64,000 nt of DNA, taken from contig JBJXGV010000002.1 of assembly GCA_046160485.1 (NCBI GenBank), forward strand, positions 77,380 through 141,379, read 5' to 3'. A model generated the notes under the pieces. It had not been told where the DNA came from. It made no database searches and saw nothing but the letters and a program-made list of their open reading frames with translations. Below, in pieces: positions 1 through 8,398 of this stretch. Position 1 is the first letter of the stretch. Each line of letters begins with the position of its first letter. The position numbers and the translations under genes are program-made. This stretch comes from a bacterium. Lineage in GTDB: Bacteria; Orphanbacterota; Orphanbacteria; JBJXGV01.

Positions 1-258
1 CAGCGACCGATACGACTTTCTCAGATCGTTAGACGTTCGCATGCCACGCAAGTATCTTCCGAACCTCCCAGTGCCACTGTGGCTTACAGTCGTCTTTCTC
101 GGTCCCACGGCAATAGTGCAGATACTCTTCTCCGTCTGGATGCTGCGAGGTGAGCTTCAGGAATACTGGCTTTGAGCGAAGACAGGGCATTCTCGTGGTT
201 GGGGTGAACCGTGTCCCATGAAAGAAGGCCGTTGAACGTTGGCACCTAATCCGACGCC

Positions 259-654
259 GTGCTCTACGCCGATCTAGACACCGGACTTCGCGCAGTGTCT
301 CGTCGCCGTCAGCGTCGCCGAGAGCGGGAGCGAACCGCGTGGCCGAGCGAGGAGCGCCTACGGTTTCTCCTCTTCGCCGAACGCGATCCGCACGCGCCCT
401 ACATCACGACGCTCTGGCGAATCCAGAAGGCGTTTCCGGCCGACGTGCGCCGGTACGGGCACTCGTGGATCGACTCGTTATGGGCGGCCGAGCAAGGGCA
501 CTTCCGGGGCGCGTTCCGAGAACCTGATGGTTCGTGGAGTGTTCGCCTCGATACCGGGCTCGTCGAGTCGGGAAGGCTATGGGACGCCGTCGCTCAAGTG
601 TTCTACATTCCGGGAATGCCGCTGAGCGCACGCATGCGGCCGGTGTGGAGGTGA
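259..654 (+). CDS. hypothetical protein (131 aa), probable first gene of an operon with the downstream small paralog
   Basis: ORF from the six-frame track with an alternative (GTG) start. Its stop overlaps the GGAGGTGA RBS of the next gene. No recognisable motif. Confidence 0.3.
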   Translation: MLYADLDTGLRAVSRRRQRRRERERTAWPSEERLRFLLFAERDPHAPYITTLWRIQKAFPADVRRYGHSWIDSLWAAEQGHFRGAFREPDGSWSVRLDTGLVESGRLWDAVAQVFYIPGMPLSARMRPVWR

Positions 655-656
655 CA

Positions 657-959
657 ATGCTGCGGCGAAGGAAGCTCGACGAGGAATGGGTCCGGACGAT
701 TCTCTTCGCGAAGCTCCCCGAGGAGATCGACGACGGGCTCACGACGACGCTTTACCGGTACGCTCAGGTGGCGGGAATGCCGCTTGCGGAGGCGCGAGCG
801 CTCGCGGCGGCGAAGGGCTCCTCGGGCTGGTTCCTCAAGTTCTGGACGGATGAGCGCGGGCGCGAACTCGTGCGGATGAATCGAGAACACCGCGAGCGCT
901 TCGGGCTGCTGAGCGCGCTCGGACTCGGCTCTCTGGTGAGTCCGCCCGTTGTACGTTGA
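657..959 (+). CDS. small conserved hypothetical protein, paralog A (100 aa, MLRRRKLDEEWVRTILFAKLPEEIDDGL...)
   Basis: ATG at 657 lies 5 nt after GGAGGTGAC. The protein is ~78% identical to the ORF at 5313..5615. No known domain recognised. Confidence 0.5.
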   Translation: MLRRRKLDEEWVRTILFAKLPEEIDDGLTTTLYRYAQVAGMPLAEARALAAAKGSSGWFLKFWTDERGRELVRMNREHRERFGLLSALGLGSLVSPPVVR

Positions 960-1705
960 GACGCTTCGCGCATATCACGAGAGGGAGTCAGTGGGCATCA
1001 GAACGCCCGCTGAAGCTCGATTGAACGCTCGAGCACTGCGTTCGTTCGGGGTCATCGAAACGGACACGCTCGCGCACGCGAATGTCTGGACTCCCGTGCT
1101 CGCCCTGCGAGCGGTGCTCGGGCCGAGCCAGTCGCGGCATCGGCGAATCTTTGGGCGAGATCTCGCAATCCAGACCACTCGCGTCCTGTGTCCAGGTTGC
1201 CCTGAACGAACAAATCGCTACTTGACCACCCCTCCGCGTAGATTTGCCTTGAATCGCCACCATCAGCGGAACTACGCTTGCCCTCCCGAATACGCTTCAC
1301 GGATGTTGGCACGAGCGCTCTCACCTAAGCTGGCTCTCCTGCATCGCGCTCCCGAATGTCTGTGATTCTCGATCTGACGTTCCGCCCGAGCGCGTTACCG
1401 AGTTCAGAGGGGAGAGCGAGTGAAACGACGGCTGGACCTGGATACGCACTGCGCTGAGCGCGGCCGACCGCATGCTCCGGCAGAAGCCTCGGCGCCCCCA
1501 ACGCCTCAGCTTGTTTGGCCTGACCGAGAATACTCTCCTGGACGCGATACGCGCACGCAGGGAGATGCGCGGGAGCCCGGGGCAACTGCGCCGACCTGGC
1601 ACGAAAGCGCCGAGCCGCCACGATCGGAGCGGTGCGAACGCGGTGCATCGGGAACTCGACTACAAGTCATCTAACGCGGACAGCTCTTCGGAAGGGAGAG
1701 TAGGT

Positions 1706-4700
1706 ATGATGCCACCTCAGACATGCCGTCCATCGAGACACCAGTTTAAATCGAGCATCGTCTGCGCAGCTGCGGTCGTCGCGGGTCTCGGGCTCGCTCT
1801 TGAAGCGAGCCTTGCGGCGGGGAGTCAGGCGCCGATGCCTATCTCTACCCTCATGGAGCACGGCGCGCAGATCGTAACTGCTGGAAACCCCGACGGTGTT
1901 TGGACTCCGTTTCCGCCCCCTCCCCCGCTCGCTTCTCACACCGCAGTCTACGACCCTGTTCGCGATCGCATGGTTGTGTTCGGAGGCCGTGCCGGCAGTC
2001 GCCGCGCCGGCGAGACGTGGGTGCTCACTTTGGGGACCAACCCAAAGTGGATCGGTCTGGCAACGTACGGCAGTCTACCCTCCCCACGCTATGGGCATAC
2101 CGCGATCTATGATCCGGTTCGCGACCGAATGATCGTGTTCGGTGGATACGATGGTAGCCTTCTCAGTGACACCTGGATTCTGACGTTCGGAGACCAGCCG
2201 ACCTGGACCCAGTTGACGGCGGCGGGCACGCCGCCTACTCCTAGACCCTACGCATCCGCCATTTACGATCCAGTGCGCGACCGAATGATTGTCTTCGGTG
2301 GCGGCATGCCGCCCTACGTCGACAGTGAGACGTGGGTTCTGGATCTTGGGACCGCACCCTCTTGGAGTCAGATGTCTCCGTCCGGCACGGCCCCACCGGG
2401 ACGCACCGGCCACTCTGCGGTGTACGATCCCGTTCGGGATCGGATGCTTGTATTCGGTGGGTACTTTTGGTCACTCAACGACACTTGGGCGCTGAATCTA
2501 TCAGGGAATCCTATGTGGGCCGAGCTTTCGCCGTCGGGCACACCGCCGGTCGGACGGGGTCACCATTCCTCGATTTATGATCCACTGCGAGACCGCATGT
2601 TGGTCTTTGGCGGTACATCGTACCGGAACGACACATGGGTGCTCTCGCTGACCGGGAGCCTTACGTGGACGCAGCTCTTGCCTTTCGGCGGTCTTCCAAC
2701 TGGACGCGAAGAGCACTCAGCAATTTATGACCCAGTGCGAGATCAGATGGTCGTGCACGGCGGCAACCCTGGCGGTGGGTATGCGGGCACCTGGGGTCTT
2801 ACTCTTAGCAGTCTGCCTGTTTGGTATGAGGTTATTCCCATCCAGGAGCAAACACCTGTGGAGACCGGCGCGCCGGGCATCTACGACCCGCCCAGAAACC
2901 GTATCGTAGCCTTCGACTGGGCGTTGAATATCATTTGGACCCTACCGCTCAGCGGGACCCCGACTTGGTCTCAGATCGTCGCGGCGGGCGCATGGCCGCC
3001 AGGGAGCCGGAACGGGCATTCGGCGATCTATGATCCGGTGCGAGATCGCATGCTCATATTTGGTGGCAACTCGACGCTGAACGACACCTGGGCGCTCAAT
3101 TTGGCAGGACAGCCCAACTGGGAGAAACTGACGCCTTCGGGTAGTCTTCCGACAGGTCGACTCTACCACTCGGCCATATACGATCCGGTGCGTGATCAGA
3201 TGGTGATATACGGCGGTACTTCCTACAGGCAAGATCTATGGGCACTTACCCTCGGCGCAAGTCCTGAGTGGAAACAGATCTTCCCTTCCGGAACTGCACC
3301 CCCCGGCCGAGAAAGCCATACGGCCGTTTATGATCCGGTCCGGGACCGAATGATCGTGTTCGGTGGGAACGTAGGGGGCCCTGCCGGCGATCTGTGGTCC
3401 CTTTCTCTGGGAGGCGGTTCGGCGTGGACGCAGCTACAGCCCGGAGGAGTGAGTCCGGCACCGCGTTTCGCGCACTCCGCAATCTACGATCCCTTCAGGG
3501 ACCAGATGATTGTGTTCGGTGGTAATACAAGCGGCCAAGGACTATCTAACGACGTCTGGGCACTATCCCTCTGGGCACAACCGATTTGGACAGAGTTGTT
3601 CCCATCCGGCAGTCGGCCCCGCGTACGCTTTGGGCAGCTGGGAGTCTTCGACTCAGACCTTGAGAGGCTGATTGTGATGGGTGGATACACAGTCGACGGA
3701 ACTAGGGATACGTGGGCGCTCTCGTGGGGCGTTTCTAATCGCGTAGAAATCGCCGCTGTCCAGCCTGGCGCCAGTCGGGTGAAGTTGGTGTGGCACCCAT
3801 CGAGTTCTCCGAATCTCGCCACCTACAGGATTCTACGAGGCGCCATTCCCGGGCCAACTTTGATCCTGGATTCGGTGCCGGCCTCTGATACGGTATACGT
3901 CGACAGCGCGGTCGTTTTCGGTGAGAGCTACTATTACCGTGTACAGGCCGTAAACGCTGTGGGAAGCCCGGGACTGGCCTCGGCGGACGTGCGCACTCGG
4001 CCCGAGGTTTGGGCGTTTGGCCGTGATCCGGGCAATCCGTTGATTACGGGATCGCCTTGGGGGTGGGACAGTTCTGGGGTAGGCCATCCATCCGTGATCG
4101 AAGATGGCGCATATTACCAGGCCTGGTATTCGGATAGTTCGGGGATCGGTGTTGCAACGACGCCGTCTTATCCCATTGCATGGGTTCGGTCGCCTGCACC
4201 GGTTCTTGAGCCAAATCCGGGCGCATGGGATGAACAGCGCGTCAGCGAGCCGTCAGTTTTGAAAAGGAGCGGTGGGTACGAGATGTGGTACGCAGGTACT
4301 CGTGGGGATACGGCACGGATCGGGCATGCTGTGTCTTCGGACGGGGAGACCTGGGAGCGCGAACCGATCCCCGCTCTCGATGTTTCAGTCGCCTCCTGGG
4401 ATCAGAGCGGTGTCGCGGAGCCGTACGTACTCGAGGATGGCGGAGTACTGTACATGTACTACACGGGGTGGGACGGCGCGACGCGTCGGATAGGCCGAGC
4501 CCGGTCGGCGGATGGTGGCGCCACATGGGTAAAGGAGGGCGTGGTCTTAGGTGTTGGAGAACCGGGTTCGATGGATGCTGCTGCCGTTTCGGGCGCGTCA
4601 ATTCTCAAGGCTGGCGGATGGTGGCGGCTCTTCTTTACTGGCACAAGCACTGACAGCGAGCATGGGTTGGGGCTTGCCTTATCAGAAGACGGATTGAGTT

Positions 4701-5185
4701 GGCAACGATATCTTGAAAACCCGATTCTGACTCCAAGTACTCCGTGGGAGGGCAATTCGCTCTTCGACGCATTCGTAACACCCGGGTTGGGCGTCGTTAG
4801 ACTTTGGTATTCTGGTGGGGCACGTGTCGAAGCCATCGGCTACGCGGACACGGTCATTGGCAGTCCGAGCACGAGTGTCTCTGACGCTCCTGAATCGGCA
4901 GCGACCAAGACAATTGCGATTCTCGGCCTCACCCCAAATCCGTCGAGGCCGGATATCCGCGTTCGATTCCGATTGGAAGCTCCAGGTCGAGTGGATGTGG
5001 AGGTGTTTGCAACTGATGGGCGGCGCGTGAAGGCTGAGACTCTTGGCGCATTCCCGGCTGGTTCGTATGTGTGGAACTGGAACGGGCGAACTGACGAGGG
5101 GACGCGCGCCGCATCCGGTATTTACCTGATACGGGTGGCTTCGGGGCGGGCTTCCGATGTGAGGAAAGCCACGCTCCTTCGGTGA
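1706..5185 (+). CDS. large secreted multidomain protein: signal peptide, 12 Kelch-type propeller repeats, FN3-like domain, five-bladed glycosidase-like propeller, C-terminal Por_Secre_tail/FlgD-Ig-like domain
   Basis: RBS GGGAGAG then ATG at 1706. Hydrophobic N-terminus (IVCAAAVVAGLGLAL). Twelve near-identical units '[AS][AI][IV]YDP[VL]RD[RQ]M[IV]VFGG'. The segment 'VKLVWHPSSSPNLATYRILRG' looks FN3-like. The repeats 'WD..GV.EPSVLEDGG.Y.MWYTG' resemble GH43/GH32/GH130-fold blades. The C-terminus reads 'RFRLEAPGRVDVEVFATDGRRV...GIYLIRVASG...ATLLR'. Confidence 0.75.
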   Translation: MMPPQTCRPSRHQFKSSIVCAAAVVAGLGLALEASLAAGSQAPMPISTLMEHGAQIVTAGNPDGVWTPFPPPPPLASHTAVYDPVRDRMVVFGGRAGSRRAGETWVLTLGTNPKWIGLATYGSLPSPRYGHTAIYDPVRDRMIVFGGYDGSLLSDTWILTFGDQPTWTQLTAAGTPPTPRPYASAIYDPVRDRMIVFGGGMPPYVDSETWVLDLGTAPSWSQMSPSGTAPPGRTGHSAVYDPVRDRMLVFGGYFWSLNDTWALNLSGNPMWAELSPSGTPPVGRGHHSSIYDPLRDRMLVFGGTSYRNDTWVLSLTGSLTWTQLLPFGGLPTGREEHSAIYDPVRDQMVVHGGNPGGGYAGTWGLTLSSLPVWYEVIPIQEQTPVETGAPGIYDPPRNRIVAFDWALNIIWTLPLSGTPTWSQIVAAGAWPPGSRNGHSAIYDPVRDRMLIFGGNSTLNDTWALNLAGQPNWEKLTPSGSLPTGRLYHSAIYDPVRDQMVIYGGTSYRQDLWALTLGASPEWKQIFPSGTAPPGRESHTAVYDPVRDRMIVFGGNVGGPAGDLWSLSLGGGSAWTQLQPGGVSPAPRFAHSAIYDPFRDQMIVFGGNTSGQGLSNDVWALSLWAQPIWTELFPSGSRPRVRFGQLGVFDSDLERLIVMGGYTVDGTRDTWALSWGVSNRVEIAAVQPGASRVKLVWHPSSSPNLATYRILRGAIPGPTLILDSVPASDTVYVDSAVVFGESYYYRVQAVNAVGSPGLASADVRTRPEVWAFGRDPGNPLITGSPWGWDSSGVGHPSVIEDGAYYQAWYSDSSGIGVATTPSYPIAWVRSPAPVLEPNPGAWDEQRVSEPSVLKRSGGYEMWYAGTRGDTARIGHAVSSDGETWEREPIPALDVSVASWDQSGVAEPYVLEDGGVLYMYYTGWDGATRRIGRARSADGGATWVKEGVVLGVGEPGSMDAAAVSGASILKAGGWWRLFFTGTSTDSEHGLGLALSEDGLSWQRYLENPILTPSTPWEGNSLFDAFVTPGLGVVRLWYSGGARVEAIGYADTVIGSPSTSVSDAPESAATKTIAILGLTPNPSRPDIRVRFRLEAPGRVDVEVFATDGRRVKAETLGAFPAGSYVWNWNGRTDEGTRAASGIYLIRVASGRASDVRKATLLR
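1930..3690 (+). repeat. tandem array of ~150-bp units encoding near-identical Kelch blades (motif SAIYDPVRDRMIVFGG x12) inside the CDS
   Basis: The YDPxRDxM..FGG motif recurs every ~47-52 codons in the translation. The underlying DNA contains near-identical segments such as atctatgatccggt(t/g)cg(c/a)gat. Confidence 0.6.
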
Positions 5186-5312
5186 GGGCAGAGCTTGCGA
5201 CTTGTCCGGTCCGGTGCACTCGCGTGTCTCCGGATCCTGACTGTCCCTCCTGAAAACCGCGCTCGCGGCTGACTCGCATGGTCCGCCGCTCGCGGCCAGT
5301 GGGGAGGTGACG

Positions 5313-5615
5313 ATGCAGCGACGACGAAAGCTTGACGAGGAATGGGTCGGGACGATCCTCTTCGCGAGACTCCCTACGGAAATCGACGACGGGCTCGCGA
5401 CGACCCTCTACCGTTACGCCCAGGTCGCGGGAAAGTCGCTTGAGGAAGCACGGGCTTGCGCATCGAAGAACGGCTCAGACGGGTGGTTCCTTAAGTTCTC
5501 GACCGACAATACGGGGCGCGAACTCGTGCGGCTGAACAAGGAACACCTTGACCGGCATGGGCTCTTGTCGGCACTCGGACTCGGATCTCTCGAAGGCGCT
5601 CCCGTCGCGCGTTGA
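5313..5615 (+). CDS. small conserved hypothetical protein, paralog B (100 aa, MQRRRKLDEEWVGTILFARLPTEIDDGL...)
   Basis: Same RBS context as paralog A (GGGGAGGTGACGATG). ~78% aa identity and ~80% nt identity to 657..959. Confidence 0.5.
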   Translation: MQRRRKLDEEWVGTILFARLPTEIDDGLATTLYRYAQVAGKSLEEARACASKNGSDGWFLKFSTDNTGRELVRLNKEHLDRHGLLSALGLGSLEGAPVAR

Positions 5616-5719
5616 TCGTTCCTGGACCGCGTGCGGTACCTGAAATCGGCGGCGAATCGACGGCGCGCTTATCTCTGATGGCGCGCCAGCGTGACGCTTT
5701 CATGTCTCCGCGTTCGAGA

Positions 5720-7024
5720 TCACGATAGCCCTAGACATGCGCCGCCGAGTGATTCAGTGAAGAGTCCCCGCTGCAGCTGGCTCGGCACATCTTCCAGATG
5801 GGCCAGGTCAACCGTGACCACCCGCACGCGATGTCGCGCTGGGCCGGCCCCCTGGGTCTCGAACTCCCGCTGGACACCCGGCACGCCGATCGTGGGCGTG
5901 TGCGGATACACGAGCACCGCCATCGAGGTTCGGAAACGCTGGCAGTAGGCCAGGACTTGGTAGACATCCCCGCTCGAAACGCCGAGATTCGCCCGCTCGG
6001 CACACAGCCGTTTCCATTTTGTATCCATCACGACGCAGGGTTTTCGATCGCGAAGGACGATGACGTCGGGCCGCAGGAGGAATGCGTACCGTCCGAGCTC
6101 GACGTCTCGTGCCAGGTAGGCGTCGCTCTCGTGCAGGCCCACCTCGAAGCCCTTTGGGCGTAGTGCCTGCCGACAGACTCGGCCAACGTACTCCTCAAAG
6201 AGCACATTCATGTCCCACACGAGAGCGAATGTGTCTCGATCGCCGTCGGCGGAACGGCCCAGGTCGGGATTGCGGTTGCCCAGGATGAGCTTCGCCAGGG
6301 TCAACAGCGGTTGAAGGTGGCGGCTCATCCGGTCCGTGCGTGATCGAAGCACGTCTGCTGGGGACGGTCGCTGGTCCCCGACGTCGGCCATCATGTGCCG
6401 CAGTTCGGTCGCCATTCGGTCGCTGCGAACCCCTTCGAGAAGTCTTGCGGCCTGGAGCAACGCTGCTTTGAGAGTTCGGTTCAGGAGGGTGTTCTCGGAA
6501 CGCTCGTCAAAGATGCAACCGAACTCGGGGCGTTGCGCCACGTGCAGCCTCGCCTGCGTGGGCCAGTCGATCTTCCCTCGGACCCGCGCAATCACCTCAT
6601 GATGAACGACGTACTCCTGCGGGAGACCTCGCCGCACCGCTTCGAGCAGCCGGTGACAGTAGAGGCGCGCCAGTGCCGCGATGAAGGGCTCGTCGCGTTC
6701 GACGAACATCATGCGATCCGAGGCTTGCAGTTCGAGATCTTCGGTCACCGAGAGCATCGCGAGCAGGTTCTGCCGGATCGCATTGGTCCCAGCGCAGCCC
6801 TCCAGCTTGGGAAGGATTTCCAGCTGCAGGTCCCCGATGCAAGCCACGCCGACGAACTGCTGGACACGGAGGCTGGCCTTTCCTTGCCAGGACGCAATGC
6901 GCACACCCATGCGTGCCCCAAGGGCGACCAGCGCATCGGCCTGCTGGGGTGTCAGTGAAGCCGACGAATCGCCCGCAGGAGCGCCGACACGGACGTCACT
7001 CTGCTCGAAGACCGTCACTCTCAC
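5720..7024 (-). CDS. mcrC: McrC-like subunit of a 5-methylcytosine/modified-DNA-dependent restriction system
   Basis: 434 aa. Contains 'DTFALVWDMNVLFEEYV' and a C-terminal PD-(D/E)xK-like region typical of McrC. Its start overlaps the McrB-like stop by 4 nt (translational coupling). Confidence 0.7.
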   Translation of the reverse strand: MRVTVFEQSDVRVGAPAGDSSASLTPQQADALVALGARMGVRIASWQGKASLRVQQFVGVACIGDLQLEILPKLEGCAGTNAIRQNLLAMLSVTEDLELQASDRMMFVERDEPFIAALARLYCHRLLEAVRRGLPQEYVVHHEVIARVRGKIDWPTQARLHVAQRPEFGCIFDERSENTLLNRTLKAALLQAARLLEGVRSDRMATELRHMMADVGDQRPSPADVLRSRTDRMSRHLQPLLTLAKLILGNRNPDLGRSADGDRDTFALVWDMNVLFEEYVGRVCRQALRPKGFEVGLHESDAYLARDVELGRYAFLLRPDVIVLRDRKPCVVMDTKWKRLCAERANLGVSSGDVYQVLAYCQRFRTSMAVLVYPHTPTIGVPGVQREFETQGAGPARHRVRVVTVDLAHLEDVPSQLQRGLFTESLGGACLGLS

Positions 7025-8370
7025 GCGTAGATCTTCTGGATCGCCGCGGGCGAGATGGCCGGGTTGACCCGGAACCCAGTAGCGCGCTCACCGGGACTGC
7101 CGCCCCCCTCGGCGAGCTCGATGATCTGGATGAGCTGCTGCTCCGGCGGGCGGTCCGCGTCGTTGAAGACCTGCTGGATGCGTCGCCAGTCCTCGAAGAA
7201 GTACTCCTGCAGCAGCGGAATGATCTGGCCCTGAAAGCGCGCAACCAACTCCTCGAAGGACCCGACGCCCATGAAATACGTGTGCCCAAGCACGTGGTCC
7301 CGATCGAACAGACGCTCGATCCGCAGGTTCATCGCCTCGAGCAGGGCCCTGAGGTTGATGCCCTCGACGTCGGGCTCCAGCAGGTCAAGCCGTGGCCGCA
7401 TCTCGCGGAAAGTGAAGCGGCGCCGGAGCGCGGTGTCCATGAGGGTGATGGATCGATCCGCCGTGTTCATGGTGCCGATCAGGTACAGGTTGGGCGGCAC
7501 ACCCAGGAGTTGCCCGCTGTAGGGCAGCTCGGTTTGCTGCTCGTCCGGCTGCCCGAGCCGCTTGCTAGGCTCGACGAGGGTGATGATCTCACCAAAGGTC
7601 TTGGCGAGGTTGGCCCGGTTGATCTCGTCGATTACCAGCACGCAGTTCGGTGCCTGCCCGAGCGTGCGTTTGGGCGAGAGTAGCTCCCGCAGGGCGTCCC
7701 AGTTCACGGCGTCCTGATCAATTAGGTAGATGCTCATCTGCGAGAGACGCTTGGAAGACAAAATGCTCACCGGAACGCTTTCTGACGAGTTCCACAGCCA
7801 GCGCACCGACCGGGTCTGCTCGTAGCCTTCGGCACGCGCCTTGAAAGCGTATGGACCGACGACCTCGCCAATCGCTCGGAAGCGAGTATTGCCATCGGAG
7901 ACGAGGACCAGGTCTCTATCGCGCAACTCGTTCTTCAGGTAGTGAACCGCGGTGGGCGCAAAGTCCGTTTCCTTTCCTTCGGGGTGCTCGGACATGTAGC
8001 GCTCACGAACGGTTGTCAGCGAGTCGCAGCCGGAGAAGTCGGTGTGGTCCCCGAAACCGAGGCACACCTGGCCCCGCTCCAAACAGTCCAGGTAGATCCA
8101 ATCCTTTTCGCTCTTCGTCGAGTCTCCCAAGGACATCTTGAACAGCCTTCGTCCCTTCAGGTCGACTTCACCTCCGGTGGCGATCTTCGATTCGAAGAGT
8201 TCGCGTGCGTGCGTAGCGGCCTGCTTGAATACTCCGGGTCGCACCTCGTATCGAACTTGCCCGTCTTCAGCGGAGGGGCGGATGCCCTCGACGAACTCTT
8301 CGTAGGAGAAAGAAGGGTGGAAAGTAACGAACCGGATGCGGCGCAGGTTTCGCAGATCTGTACGTCGTCA
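7021..8370 (-). pseudogene. mcrB: McrB-like AAA+ GTPase subunit, 5'-truncated at an IS3-family insertion (no Walker A / P-loop), with a ~160-aa inserted domain before the DEINRAN motif
   Basis: The frame stays open upstream of the tracked GTG (8244) to 8367, 11 nt from the IS inverted repeat. That extension encodes 'NLRRIRFVTFHPSFSYEEFVEGIRP' (McrB signature FHxSYSYEDF). Downstream motifs are 'VLVIDEINRAN' and 'LIGTMNTADRS...ALRRRF'. No GxxGxGKT is present anywhere. Confidence 0.6.
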
Positions 8371-8398
8371 ACCACAATGGGACTTTTGGGGCCTGGAA

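Noticed and set aside
1286-1612. Perfect TGGCAC -24-like hexamers at ~1293 and ~1597 (and another at ~226) upstream of the Kelch cargo gene
   Set aside because: None has a GC dinucleotide at the obligatory +10 spacing (the -12 element is absent or at N9 spacing), so they fail the sigma54 promoter rule that the 13376 site passes.
5616-5719. Hairpin GGCGCGC-N12-GCGCGCC between the convergent paralog B and mcrC as a terminator
   Set aside because: A 7-bp GC stem with a 12-nt loop and no U-tract. Too weak to call without folding energy, so it is mentioned only here.
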